Below are positions 10,359-18,721 of a DNA stretch of 64,000 bases, in pieces (position 1 is the stretch's first letter; each line of letters begins with the position of its first letter). The position numbers were made by a program, and so were the translations under genes. Below the pieces are notes generated by a model. The model was not told where the DNA came from. It searched no databases and saw only the letters and a program-made list of their open reading frames with translations. Source of the DNA: Bacillota bacterium (GTDB lineage Bacteria; Bacillota; Ch66); the NCBI GenBank assembly GCA_013178045.1, contig JABLXP010000001.1, forward strand, positions 15,937 through 79,936, in the 5' to 3' direction.

Positions 10359-10649
10359 GGATCAAACAGAGCCGAAACTGATATTAAAACCAAGCGCTGA
10401 GTTCATTAGATGAATACAAGTTGTATTAAAAAAGTTACTTTTTTAGGAGAAACTAATTAGTGAGTGCAAAGATTTTTTTGTATAGCCAATTTTCTTGTCT
10501 AACATCATGGTACATGTTACCATTAAGACAGGCCGTAGTTCCAAAATATTGACGGGGTTACGGTAGTTTCAAACGGGCCTGCCCACAGGGTCTGAAATCG
10601 CTTGGACAACGCTGCACGTTGCCTATATATCCACTAGCCCCGGCTACTA

Positions 10650-10856
10650 CGGTCCGTCGAAGGCTCCCTCAAGGACATTGTAGACAGGTTGCCAGTACAT
10701 GCCGATGCTTTCCATAGCAACGTGACGGCAATTTCCCGACTCAAGCCAGACCCGCAATTCATCCAAACCTGGCAGCAAAGTGGAAAATGTCCTGATTTCT
10801 TTTTTTGATCGGGGGATGAATGGCGGCTTAGTTTTTCTCTTTGGTCGTGCTATAAT
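10650..10856 (-). pseudogene. IS110-family transposase fragment (about 69 codons of the N-terminal RuvC-like domain)
   Basis: My own minus-strand translation gives ...KKEIRTFSTLLPGLDELRVWLESGNCRHVAMESIGMYWQPVYNVLEGAFDGP**. This matches the conserved F-x-T...L..WL...VAMEsTG-YW-PVyn-Le block. There is no start codon and two stops follow. Confidence 0.6.
10828..10856 (+). promoter_or_regulatory. putative promoter of tnpB (extended -10)
   Basis: TGcTATAAT at 10848-10856, a weak -35 TTAGTT at 10828-10833 with a 17-nt spacer, and SD GGAGGAG at about 10869. Confidence 0.35.
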
Positions 10857-10881
10857 TTAAGCAGATCGGAGGAGATGTTGA

Positions 10882-12000
10882 ATGCAGACGGTAACACTCA
10901 AAATAAAGCTCCTGCCACCCAACAAAGAAAAGCTGGAGAAGATGGCCCGCATGCTGGAAACCTACCGCCAGGCGTGCTCCTGGTTCCTGGAGCAGGCCGA
11001 AATCTTGAACACTACCAGCCGGGCACATTTAAACCACCAAACCTACCGGCAGGCAGGTAAGCTGTTCGACCTCAACCGGGGCACACTCCAGTGCGCCATG
11101 CTTAAAGCCCTGTCCGCTAGGCGCTCCTACCTTTCCCGCAAGCAGAGAGGCAAGAAAGCCAGTCTGCCCAAATTTGAGAAAACAGTCCCGGTAATGGTGC
11201 GGCAGGACTGCTACTCCCTTCACCAGCTCCCTTCTGGAACGTGGGTTATCAAATTTCCTGTCTCCTCCGGCCGGAGCCAGATAGCCGTACCCCTTGCTGC
11301 CTCTGCATACCACGCCAGAAGACTCCAGGACCTGGCAGGAGGTTCCTGCCGTCAGGGGTCAATGGAGATATGGCGAGGTAAAGATGGCAAGTGGTACGTT
11401 AGTATATCCATTGTTTATCAAACTGGTTTCAACGAGCCAGGCAGTATAATTGGGGTCGATTTTGGTATCGTCAAACTAGCTGTTCTGTCCAATAATGTAT
11501 TCTTTGACGGCCGCCAGGTAAGATGGCGCAAAGAACGCTGGGCAGAGCGACGCAAAGCACTTCAGCGTGCAGGTTGGCTTTCCCGTGTCAAAAAAGAAGC
11601 CGGTCGTGAACGCCGTTGGATGCGGTATATCAACCACTGTATATCAAAGCGTATTATTGAAATAGCAAAGGCTGAAGGGAAAGCTATTGCTTTAGAAAAC
11701 CTTCTGGGCATCCGTGAGCGTGTCAAGGGCTCCAAGAAGTTCAACCGGATGATGTCCGGGTGGAACTTCCGGGAGCTGGCCTCGTTCATTGAGTACAAGG
11801 CCGCTCTTGCTGAAGTGCCTGTAATCTATGTCGACCCCAAAGAGACTTCCAAAACCTGTCCGCGGTGCGGGAATGTTTCCCACTACAACCGTAAAACTCA
11901 GGGTTGGTTCAGGTGTACCAAATGCGGCTACCAGTCCGATGCGGACAGGGTTGGGGCTTTGAACATTGCCGCCAGAGCGCTCGATGCTCTCGGGGCATGA
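10882..12000 (+). CDS. tnpB: TnpB (RNA-guided endonuclease, OMEGA class), apparently intact
   Basis: 372 aa. RuvC-I is GVDFGI, RuvC-II is IALENL, the zinc finger is CPRCG...CTKCG, and RuvC-III is SDADRVGALNIA. Confidence 0.85.
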   Translation: MQTVTLKIKLLPPNKEKLEKMARMLETYRQACSWFLEQAEILNTTSRAHLNHQTYRQAGKLFDLNRGTLQCAMLKALSARRSYLSRKQRGKKASLPKFEKTVPVMVRQDCYSLHQLPSGTWVIKFPVSSGRSQIAVPLAASAYHARRLQDLAGGSCRQGSMEIWRGKDGKWYVSISIVYQTGFNEPGSIIGVDFGIVKLAVLSNNVFFDGRQVRWRKERWAERRKALQRAGWLSRVKKEAGRERRWMRYINHCISKRIIEIAKAEGKAIALENLLGIRERVKGSKKFNRMMSGWNFRELASFIEYKAALAEVPVIYVDPKETSKTCPRCGNVSHYNRKTQGWFRCTKCGYQSDADRVGALNIAARALDALGA

Positions 12001-12140
12001 CCCTGGGAGAAAGGGGAGCGTGACACCCCTTAAGGCCAAGGTGATGATCCGGATCATCCGGGGAATGCTGGCTAACCTGCGGCGAAAGCCGTCATCCCGC
12101 GATGGAATGCCCCTCAATTCATTGAGGGGAGGATGTCACT
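12001..12140 (+). ncRNA. candidate omega RNA (reRNA) scaffold of the TnpB element; the 5' part probably overlaps the tnpB 3' end
   Basis: Four hairpins occur in 130 nt of non-coding tail. They are aagggg/cccctt (12011-12031), the 16-nt palindrome GATGATCCGGATCATC (12043-12058), cggc-GAAA-gccg (12080-12091), and cccctcaa-ttca-ttgagggg (12110-12129). Confidence 0.45.
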
Positions 12141-12166
12141 TAGAACATGTGTTTGGAGTTGATAGC

Positions 12167-12926
12167 ATGCGCGCCATCCTGCTCTGCGACCTGAACGCTT
12201 TTTTGCCTCTGGGCACCAGTCTCTGGAGCCGGACCTGAAAGGGAAACCGGTGATCATCACCGGTGACCCGGACAAACGCCGGGGAATTGTCATTGCGGCT
12301 TCATATGAAGCGAAGAAATTCGGCGTGAAAACGGGATGCTGGTTTCCGAGGCGAAGGGAATCTGTCCCCAGGGGATATTCCGCGTCTCCGATTACCCCAA
12401 ATATATCCGGTATTCCACCCGGGTCCTGGCGATTTTCCGTGAATTCATCCCGCTGGTTGAACCGTTTTCCATCGATGAAGCGTTTCTGGATGTAACGGGC
12501 TGCGAGAAACTATTCGGCCCGCCGGTGGAGATCGCCAGGAAAATCAAACAGCGCATCCGCGTGCCGCTCCTGGAGCTGTCCGAGTACGTGGCTGCCCGGG
12601 CCCGGGAACACGGCTACAAGGGAAGGACGCTGGCAATAACCATGCGCGACTCCAACCTGACCTTTCTGCACCGGGTCAAAACCCTGCCACATTATACCGA
12701 CCTGGCGGCAGACATATACAAGGCCGCGGTCTTTTTGTGGCGAAAGCACTGCTCAACCGGTTGGCGGGTGCGGCTGGTCGGGGTAGGCTTAGGGCACTTG
12801 AAAAGAGGTGCGCCCGAACAGTTGCAGTTTTTTATTGACCGGGAGAAGGTCCACCAGGCAGAAGAAGTCTGCGATCGGCTCAGGAACCGCTGGGGAAAAA
12901 TGCGATTTTCAGGGGAGTTTCGCTAA
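12167..12926 (+). pseudogene. dinB: DNA polymerase IV (Y-family), two frameshifts plus internal deletion
   Basis: MRAILLCDLNAF | ASGHQSLEPDLKGKPVIITGD...YEAKKFGVKTG | MLVSEAKGICPQGI...SIDEAFLDVTG reads across three frames. About 110-150 aa are missing after IKQRIR. The little-finger region (GRTLAITMRDSNLTF...VRLVGVGL) is retained. Confidence 0.8.
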
Positions 12927-12944
12927 CCGGGGCCGGTGTGGTAA

Positions 12945-13238
12945 ATGGGCAGTAACAGGCTCTGGGAAAGTCATCGCTTGATTCTGCCCGAGATGCGCGA
13001 AAAAGCCCTCCACACCTGCGGCGAGTGCCGGTTTTTCGTCGAGATCCAGGGCCGCGAAGAAACCCGGTTCGGGTGCGTGGTTAGCATATCCCGGTATGGG
13101 GATTTAAAACGAAGAGTGCCGCGGCGCCTTCACGCCGCAGAAATTCTGAGGCAAGTTGGGAAAGAAGGTTTGCAAAGGATCATCAGATGTCATGATCCAG
13201 AGGCGCAGTCCTGCGCTTTGTTTCAGAAAAGATTATGA
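12945..13238 (+). CDS. hypothetical protein (N-terminal motif reminiscent of YolD-like partners of Y-family polymerases)
   Basis: 97 aa. WESHRLILPEMRE resembles the YolD W..x..mLPEH motif, and the gene sits directly after dinB. The rest is not recognisable. Confidence 0.3.
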   Translation: MGSNRLWESHRLILPEMREKALHTCGECRFFVEIQGREETRFGCVVSISRYGDLKRRVPRRLHAAEILRQVGKEGLQRIIRCHDPEAQSCALFQKRL

Positions 13239-13371
13239 CTTCCAGGATTTTTGGGGTAAAATGTCCCGCATCAATCAGCTTCAGGTTTTCGTCGATCGAG
13301 AAAAACTACGGCCGAATGGAAGAAAAGTCTGCACCCAGATCAACACGACAGCGAAAGGGATTCTAGCTTAT

Positions 13372-14706
13372 TCAAAGCCCGTATTTTTTCATTTTCCGCC
13401 AGAGGGTGCTCCGGTCAATTCCTAAGGCAGCGGCGGTTTTACCCTTGTGCCCGCCGTTTAGCATGAGTGCCTGGCGAATTACCTCTGCCTCGCTGGAACG
13501 GTTAATTACGAGGGGGAGAATAGCGGAATTTGAGGGAGCGGAGGGTTGCTTTTGCCAGATCTCTTTTGGGAGATGTTCAGGACCGATCGTATGTCCTTGA
13601 CAGACCACAAAAGCGTATTCAATGATGTTTTCCAGTTCCCGGATGTTGCCAGGGAAATGATATTCCATTAAGCAGCGCAGAGCCGCTGGGGATATACCGG
13701 TGATGTTTCTTCCCCGGCGCAGGTTGAAGCGCCGGATAAAGTGGTCGATTAAAAGGGGGATGTCCTCCCGCCGCTCAGCCAGCGACGGCAGTTCAATCTT
13801 AACCACGTTCAGCCGGTAATACAGGTCCTCGCGAAAACTGTTTTGGCGGACCAACTGGAGCAGATCCCTGTTCGTCGCTGCAATTACCCGCACGTTCATT
13901 TTGACTGTTTTGGTTGCTCCCAGAGGGGTATACTCTCGCTCTTGGATCGTCCGCAGCAGCTTAACTTGAAAAGCCGGGGAGATTTCTCCGACTTCATCCA
14001 GAAAGATGGTTCCCCCTTCAGCGAGGGTAAAACGCCCTGGTTTGTCTTTATCAGCGCCAGTGAAAGCGCCTTTAGCGTATCCAAACAGCTCGGACTCAAG
14101 CAAAGTATCCGGCAGCGCACCGCAGTTTACGGCCACGTAAGGGAAGGATTTTCGTGGACTCAGGTTGTGGATCGCCCTGGCGATTAGTTCTTTGCCTGAG
14201 CCACTGGGTCCTTGAATCAATACATTGCTATCACTTTCAGCTATTAGAGGAAGCAGGTTAAAAATCTGGATCATTTCGTGGTTTTTACTGACGATGTCCT
14301 CAAAAGTATATTTCTGCAATAATTGCTTGCGTAGTTCCTCGATAGTTGAAAGATCTCTAAAGGTTTCTACTCCACCAACTACCATGCCGTTTTCATCCCT
14401 TAAAACCGCGGTGCTGATGCTGATTGGCACGATATTGCCAGCTCGATCGATTATATTTACATGTTGATCAATGATTTCTCGGCCGGTGGCCAGTGTTTCT
14501 TTGAGCGCACAGTTTGCCTGACAGATATTGGCGTGAAAAACCTCGAAGCACATCTTACCAACTGCTTCTTCGCGTGACATACCAGTAATTCTTTCTGCCG
14601 CCCGGTTAAACGAGGTAATGCGCCAATCCAGATCGACCGTGAAAATTCCGTCCGCGATGCTGTCTAATATTGTCTCCAGGTGTGAAGGCTGATTGTTTAA
14701 CGTCAT
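13372..14706 (-). CDS. sigma-54-dependent transcriptional activator (PAS sensor, AAA+ domain, Fis-type HTH)
   Basis: Walker A GPSGSGKE, GAFTGA loop, ELFGY, and C-terminal HTH KTAAALGIDRSTLWRKMKKYGL. The PAS domain carries a CFEVFHANICQANC cluster. I chose the ATG at 14706, which follows an SD, within ORF 13372..14829. Confidence 0.85.
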   Translation of the reverse strand: MTLNNQPSHLETILDSIADGIFTVDLDWRITSFNRAAERITGMSREEAVGKMCFEVFHANICQANCALKETLATGREIIDQHVNIIDRAGNIVPISISTAVLRDENGMVVGGVETFRDLSTIEELRKQLLQKYTFEDIVSKNHEMIQIFNLLPLIAESDSNVLIQGPSGSGKELIARAIHNLSPRKSFPYVAVNCGALPDTLLESELFGYAKGAFTGADKDKPGRFTLAEGGTIFLDEVGEISPAFQVKLLRTIQEREYTPLGATKTVKMNVRVIAATNRDLLQLVRQNSFREDLYYRLNVVKIELPSLAERREDIPLLIDHFIRRFNLRRGRNITGISPAALRCLMEYHFPGNIRELENIIEYAFVVCQGHTIGPEHLPKEIWQKQPSAPSNSAILPLVINRSSEAEVIRQALMLNGGHKGKTAAALGIDRSTLWRKMKKYGL

Positions 14707-14732
14707 TGCTTCTTCTCCTTTATATAATATAA

Positions 14733-14786
14733 TGCAATATGCAATATTATTGTAGCATCCTATGTTGCGATATGCAATTATTATTG
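14733..14786. repeat. two direct about 20-nt repeats upstream of the sigma-54 activator
   Basis: TGCAATATGCAATATTATTG (14733-14752) and TGCGATATGCAATTATTATTG (14766-14786), offset by 33 nt. Confidence 0.6.
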
Positions 14787-14855
14787 GGTTTAGGGGAAGC
14801 AACTGTAGTCTCGGGCTGTGGAAAAGCACCTTTAGTAAGGGTATTTATCGTGAGG

Positions 14856-14884
14856 TTGACGCATGATGAGGGTATTGATATTCT
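14856..14884 (+). promoter_or_regulatory. putative sigmaA promoter of smc
   Basis: TTGACG, a 17-nt spacer, then TATTCT, about 90 nt upstream of the smc ATG. Confidence 0.35.
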
Positions 14885-14971
14885 ATGAATAGCATGAGGG
14901 GCGACTTGGTTTGCATTAAAAACTTGCTTAAGATTTTAAGTGTTCAGGAGGAATGGGGTTAGGTCGAACAA

Positions 14972-17900
14972 ATGGCTTTATTAAAGCGGTTAGAGATTCA
15001 AGGGTTTAAATCATTCGCCGATAAGCTGGACCTGGAGTTTGGTCCTGGGGTGACCGTGGTTGTTGGGCCGAATGGTTGTGGCAAGAGCAATATTACTGAT
15101 GCCATCCGTTGGGTGCTGGGGGAGCAAAATGCCCGCAGCCTAAGAGGCGAGCGTATGGAGGATATTATTTTTTCCGGCAGTGATAGGAGGCGCCCAGTTG
15201 GGATGGCCGAGGTGTCGCTCACGATTGATAACGCGACTGGTTTTTTACCCGTGGAGTTCAGTGAGGTCCGGGTCACCCGACGGCTGTACCGGTCGGGGGA
15301 AAGTGAATTCCTGATCAATAAGACCCCCTGTCGCCTGCGAGACATCCAGGAACTGTTTATGGATACTGGTCTGGGCCGGGGAGCGCTGGCGATAATTGGC
15401 CAGGGAAAGATCGAAGAAGTCTTAAATTCTAAGCCGGAAGATAAGAGGCTGATGCTCGAAGAGGTCGCCGGGATTACCAAATACCGATTCCGGAAAAAAG
15501 AAGCGATGCGCAAGTTGGAGGAGACGGAAAGGAGTCTGCTACGCATTGGCGATATCATTCGAGAATTAGAAAATCAGCTTGAACCGCTTCGGATTCAGGC
15601 TGAGCAAGCCAGAAGGTACAAACAATGCCGTGAGCGCATCAAAGAACTGGAAATTAATTTATGGACCCATGATCTGGAGAAACTACAGCGTGACTGGGAA
15701 ATGGTCGAGGCCCAACTTGTGGCCTGGAGGAAGGAAGCGGCTGAACAGGAAAAACTGGTGACAGGTTTGGAATCCAGTGTATCTGAATACCGTCGGGATC
15801 TGCAAGCACAGGATCAGCAGATCAGCGAACAGCAACAAAAAGTTCACCAGTTGAGTCAGCAGCGGGAAAGATGCGAGGCCTCGATCCGTCTGGCCGAGGA
15901 ACGCTGGCAGAATATTACTGACCAGGCCTATGCACTGACGGAAGAGATAGAGGAACTCACAAACCGGTTGGCTCAGCTAAAGGAAGAATACGGGCTGGAA
16001 GAAGGAAAGGTTGCTCGATTGAAGGAGGAGTTGGCGAAATGGGAGAGGGAACTCACCTGTTTGGAGGTAGATTTGAGACAAGCTGAAGCGGAAGTGGTGG
16101 CCGGTGAGGCTTCTCTAGAGGATGGAAAAAGTGAGTTGATTGAAATATTAAACGCTTTAGGCAGCTGTCGTCACGAATTGAAGCAGGTGGCGTTCAATCG
16201 GGAGAATCGCGTCCGAAAACTGGCGGAATTACAAAAAGCCAGAGATAACTTTTTCTTCCAGAAACAGGAATGGGAAAAACGTATTGCCCAGGAAGAAGCC
16301 AGATTAAACCAGGGACAAACACAAGTAGCGGCATTAGAGCGACAGCGAACAGCCCTTGAGGGGCGTAAGGCCGAAGTTACCAAACGGGGCCAGGCAGAAC
16401 AACAGGTAATGCGCAAACTAAAAGAACAACTGCAGTCGACCAGGTCAAGACTGCGTGTTTTACAAGAAATGGAGCAGGATTTTGAGGGTTATAACCGCTC
16501 TGTCCGGGAGGTTCTGCGTTCACAAAAAAGAGGTGAACCACTGACCCAAGGAGTATGTGGTGCGGTAGCGGAACTGATTAAAGTCCCAGCGGGACTGGAA
16601 AAAGCCATCGAGGTTGCCCTGGGAGGAGCGCTGCAGTACCTGGTAACGGAAAACGATCAGGTGGCGAACCGGGTGATACAGTTACTCAAGGCTAGAAACT
16701 GGGGCCGTGCCACCTTTCTGCCGCTCAATACACTAACGGTCAAACCATCTATTATTAACTTAAAACAGACCGGCGCAGGGTTTCTGGGCCGGGCTGCTGA
16801 CCTGGTCGCGTTTGAGTCACGCTACCAAATAGTAGCCGAATTTTTGCTGGGGCGGGTTCTGGTCGTGGAGAACCTGGAGCAGGCTCTTGAACTGGCTCGT
16901 CAGACTAAATTCACCTGGAAAGTTGTCACAACGGCCGGGGAAGTGGTACACCCAGGTGGTTCAATCACTGGCGGAAGCCAGCCGCTGCGTGATTCAACCT
17001 TGCTTGGACGAAAGCAGGAACTGGCCGAACTCAAGAAGCTGGTTGACAACCTTGAGCTGGAAGTTCTGGCAGGCCAGGAACGGGAGAAAAAAACGGAACA
17101 CGAGTTAAATGAACTGGATGAACAGTTGAACCGTATTCAGGAGCGGATTCACACCTGGCAGATCGAACTGGCTGAACGGCAGAGAGACGTGCTCTACCAG
17201 CGGGAAGAGCTGCGTAAACTTATGCAACGCGGCGATGTTTTAACCTATGAGGAATACGATATTAAGGAGCAGGTGCAGAAAGATGACCAGCATCAGAAGG
17301 AATTAAGCCAGAAAATCACAGAATTGGAATATCAACAGGTACAACTGGAGCACCAGATCGCATCGACTCAGCAGTATTTAAAGGACAAACGTCGGTTAGT
17401 TCAGGAACTTCAGGCGCGGATTATGGCGGCTAAGGTAGACATGACGGCATTAGACAGAGAATTGCAGGGTTTGCTCAGGAGTTTGGAGCGGTACTGGCAG
17501 ACACAAAAAGAATATGAACAGGATCATCTGGTTAAACAGCGGCGTTTGCTTGAGTTGAAACAAAAACAGGTCAGCCTGCAAGAAGTGATCACTCAAGAAC
17601 AGGTTCGCTTAGCCCAGATCATGGAGGCAGAACAGAACGCCCGGGAGAAGTTAAGGTTTTTCCACACCCAGCGGACTGAACTGGCCAGTCAACTTGCTCA
17701 GGCGGAAGAAGAATGGCGGGATGGGCAGAAGCACCTGACTGATTTGCGCAGTCAGATTCATCAGGCCGAACTAAAAGCCGGTCGCTTAGAAATGGAGATC
17801 CAGAGCAATTTGCAGCGGATAATGGAAAATTATGGATTAACCTTTGAACAGGCTCTGGCCAATCAGACGGAGCTGGTGAACCGTCGAGAAACGGTTGAAG

Positions 17901-18547
17901 AGATCGCGACCAGACGAGATGAGTTGGCAGCGATGGGTGAGGTATATCTGGGGGCGATCGAAGAATATCAGCGCCTCAATGAGCGTTTGGATTTCTTGAG
18001 GAATCAGCGCGTGGATCTGGAAGAGGCCAAGCAGGCTCTTTATCAAGTGATTAGCGAAATGGATAGTTTAATGATTAAGAAATTTACTGAAACCTTTAAT
18101 GAGGTTAATGCTCACTTTAACGATGTTTTTCAGGAGTTGTTTGGGGGTGGTCGAGCTGAACTACGGTTGGCTGAACATCAGAATATTTTGGAGAGCGGGG
18201 TGGAAATAATTGCTCAGCCACTGGGGAAGAAACTGCAGCAATTGTCCCTTTTATCGGGCGGCGAGCGGGCGCTGACCGCAATTGCCCTTTTGTTTGCTAT
18301 TTTGCGTACCCGGCCAAGCCCGTTTTGCGTCCTGGATGAAATCGAGGCAGCACTTGATGAGATTAATGGAGAGCGGTTTGCTCAGTTCCTCACCGAGTAC
18401 GCTCACCAAACGCAGTTCTTGGTGATTTCCCACCGCAAGCGAACGATAGAAGCGGGGGATGTGCTCTACGGGGTGACCATGGGGGACAATGGAGTGTCCA
18501 AACTGGTTTCCGTCAGATTGGCGGACGTTTTAGAGAAGGTCAGTTAA
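14972..18547 (+). CDS. smc: chromosome condensation/segregation ATPase SMC
   Basis: 1191 aa. Walker A GPNGCGKSN, long coiled coils with a central hinge, LSGGERAL signature, and Walker B FCVLDEIEAALD. Confidence 0.95.
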   Translation: MALLKRLEIQGFKSFADKLDLEFGPGVTVVVGPNGCGKSNITDAIRWVLGEQNARSLRGERMEDIIFSGSDRRRPVGMAEVSLTIDNATGFLPVEFSEVRVTRRLYRSGESEFLINKTPCRLRDIQELFMDTGLGRGALAIIGQGKIEEVLNSKPEDKRLMLEEVAGITKYRFRKKEAMRKLEETERSLLRIGDIIRELENQLEPLRIQAEQARRYKQCRERIKELEINLWTHDLEKLQRDWEMVEAQLVAWRKEAAEQEKLVTGLESSVSEYRRDLQAQDQQISEQQQKVHQLSQQRERCEASIRLAEERWQNITDQAYALTEEIEELTNRLAQLKEEYGLEEGKVARLKEELAKWERELTCLEVDLRQAEAEVVAGEASLEDGKSELIEILNALGSCRHELKQVAFNRENRVRKLAELQKARDNFFFQKQEWEKRIAQEEARLNQGQTQVAALERQRTALEGRKAEVTKRGQAEQQVMRKLKEQLQSTRSRLRVLQEMEQDFEGYNRSVREVLRSQKRGEPLTQGVCGAVAELIKVPAGLEKAIEVALGGALQYLVTENDQVANRVIQLLKARNWGRATFLPLNTLTVKPSIINLKQTGAGFLGRAADLVAFESRYQIVAEFLLGRVLVVENLEQALELARQTKFTWKVVTTAGEVVHPGGSITGGSQPLRDSTLLGRKQELAELKKLVDNLELEVLAGQEREKKTEHELNELDEQLNRIQERIHTWQIELAERQRDVLYQREELRKLMQRGDVLTYEEYDIKEQVQKDDQHQKELSQKITELEYQQVQLEHQIASTQQYLKDKRRLVQELQARIMAAKVDMTALDRELQGLLRSLERYWQTQKEYEQDHLVKQRRLLELKQKQVSLQEVITQEQVRLAQIMEAEQNAREKLRFFHTQRTELASQLAQAEEEWRDGQKHLTDLRSQIHQAELKAGRLEMEIQSNLQRIMENYGLTFEQALANQTELVNRRETVEEIATRRDELAAMGEVYLGAIEEYQRLNERLDFLRNQRVDLEEAKQALYQVISEMDSLMIKKFTETFNEVNAHFNDVFQELFGGGRAELRLAEHQNILESGVEIIAQPLGKKLQQLSLLSGGERALTAIALLFAILRTRPSPFCVLDEIEAALDEINGERFAQFLTEYAHQTQFLVISHRKRTIEAGDVLYGVTMGDNGVSKLVSVRLADVLEKVS

Positions 18548-18558
18548 GCATTAAACCA

Positions 18559-18598
18559 GGTGTATCCAAACATTTGGAACACCTTTTTATTTTTTTTA
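18559..18598 (+). terminator. intrinsic terminator after smc
   Basis: ggtgtatccaaa / ca / tttggaacacc followed by a long T-rich tract. Confidence 0.7.
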
Positions 18599-18678
18599 TT
18601 TTCTCTATTTTCGCCTCAAAGTATTTCCCTCCACTATTTGGCGGATACTAAGGAAGATTGGATTTCAGTTAACCCGGG

Positions 18679-18702
18679 AATGATGTTTCTAATGATGTTT
18701 CT
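18679..18702. repeat. perfect tandem duplication of a 12-mer (AATGATGTTTCT x2)
   Basis: Read directly from the sequence, 20 nt upstream of the first GH57 start codon. Confidence 0.9.
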
Positions 18703-18721
18703 ATAGAGGGAGTGGCAGAGT

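Larger units (their letters stand above)
10800..12145 (+). mobile_element. stand-alone IS200/IS605-family (IS1341-type) TnpB element, ends approximate
   Basis: The intact tnpB with a structured 3' tail lies between an IS110 fragment and the dinB ribosome-binding site (GGAG 12153-12156). No tnpA is present on either strand. Confidence 0.45.

Noticed and set aside
14425-14440. TGGCACGATATTGCCA, a sigma-54 promoter look-alike
   Set aside because: The GG-to-GC spacing is 9 nt instead of 10. It also lies inside the activator's own coding region on the opposite strand, with no downstream gene.
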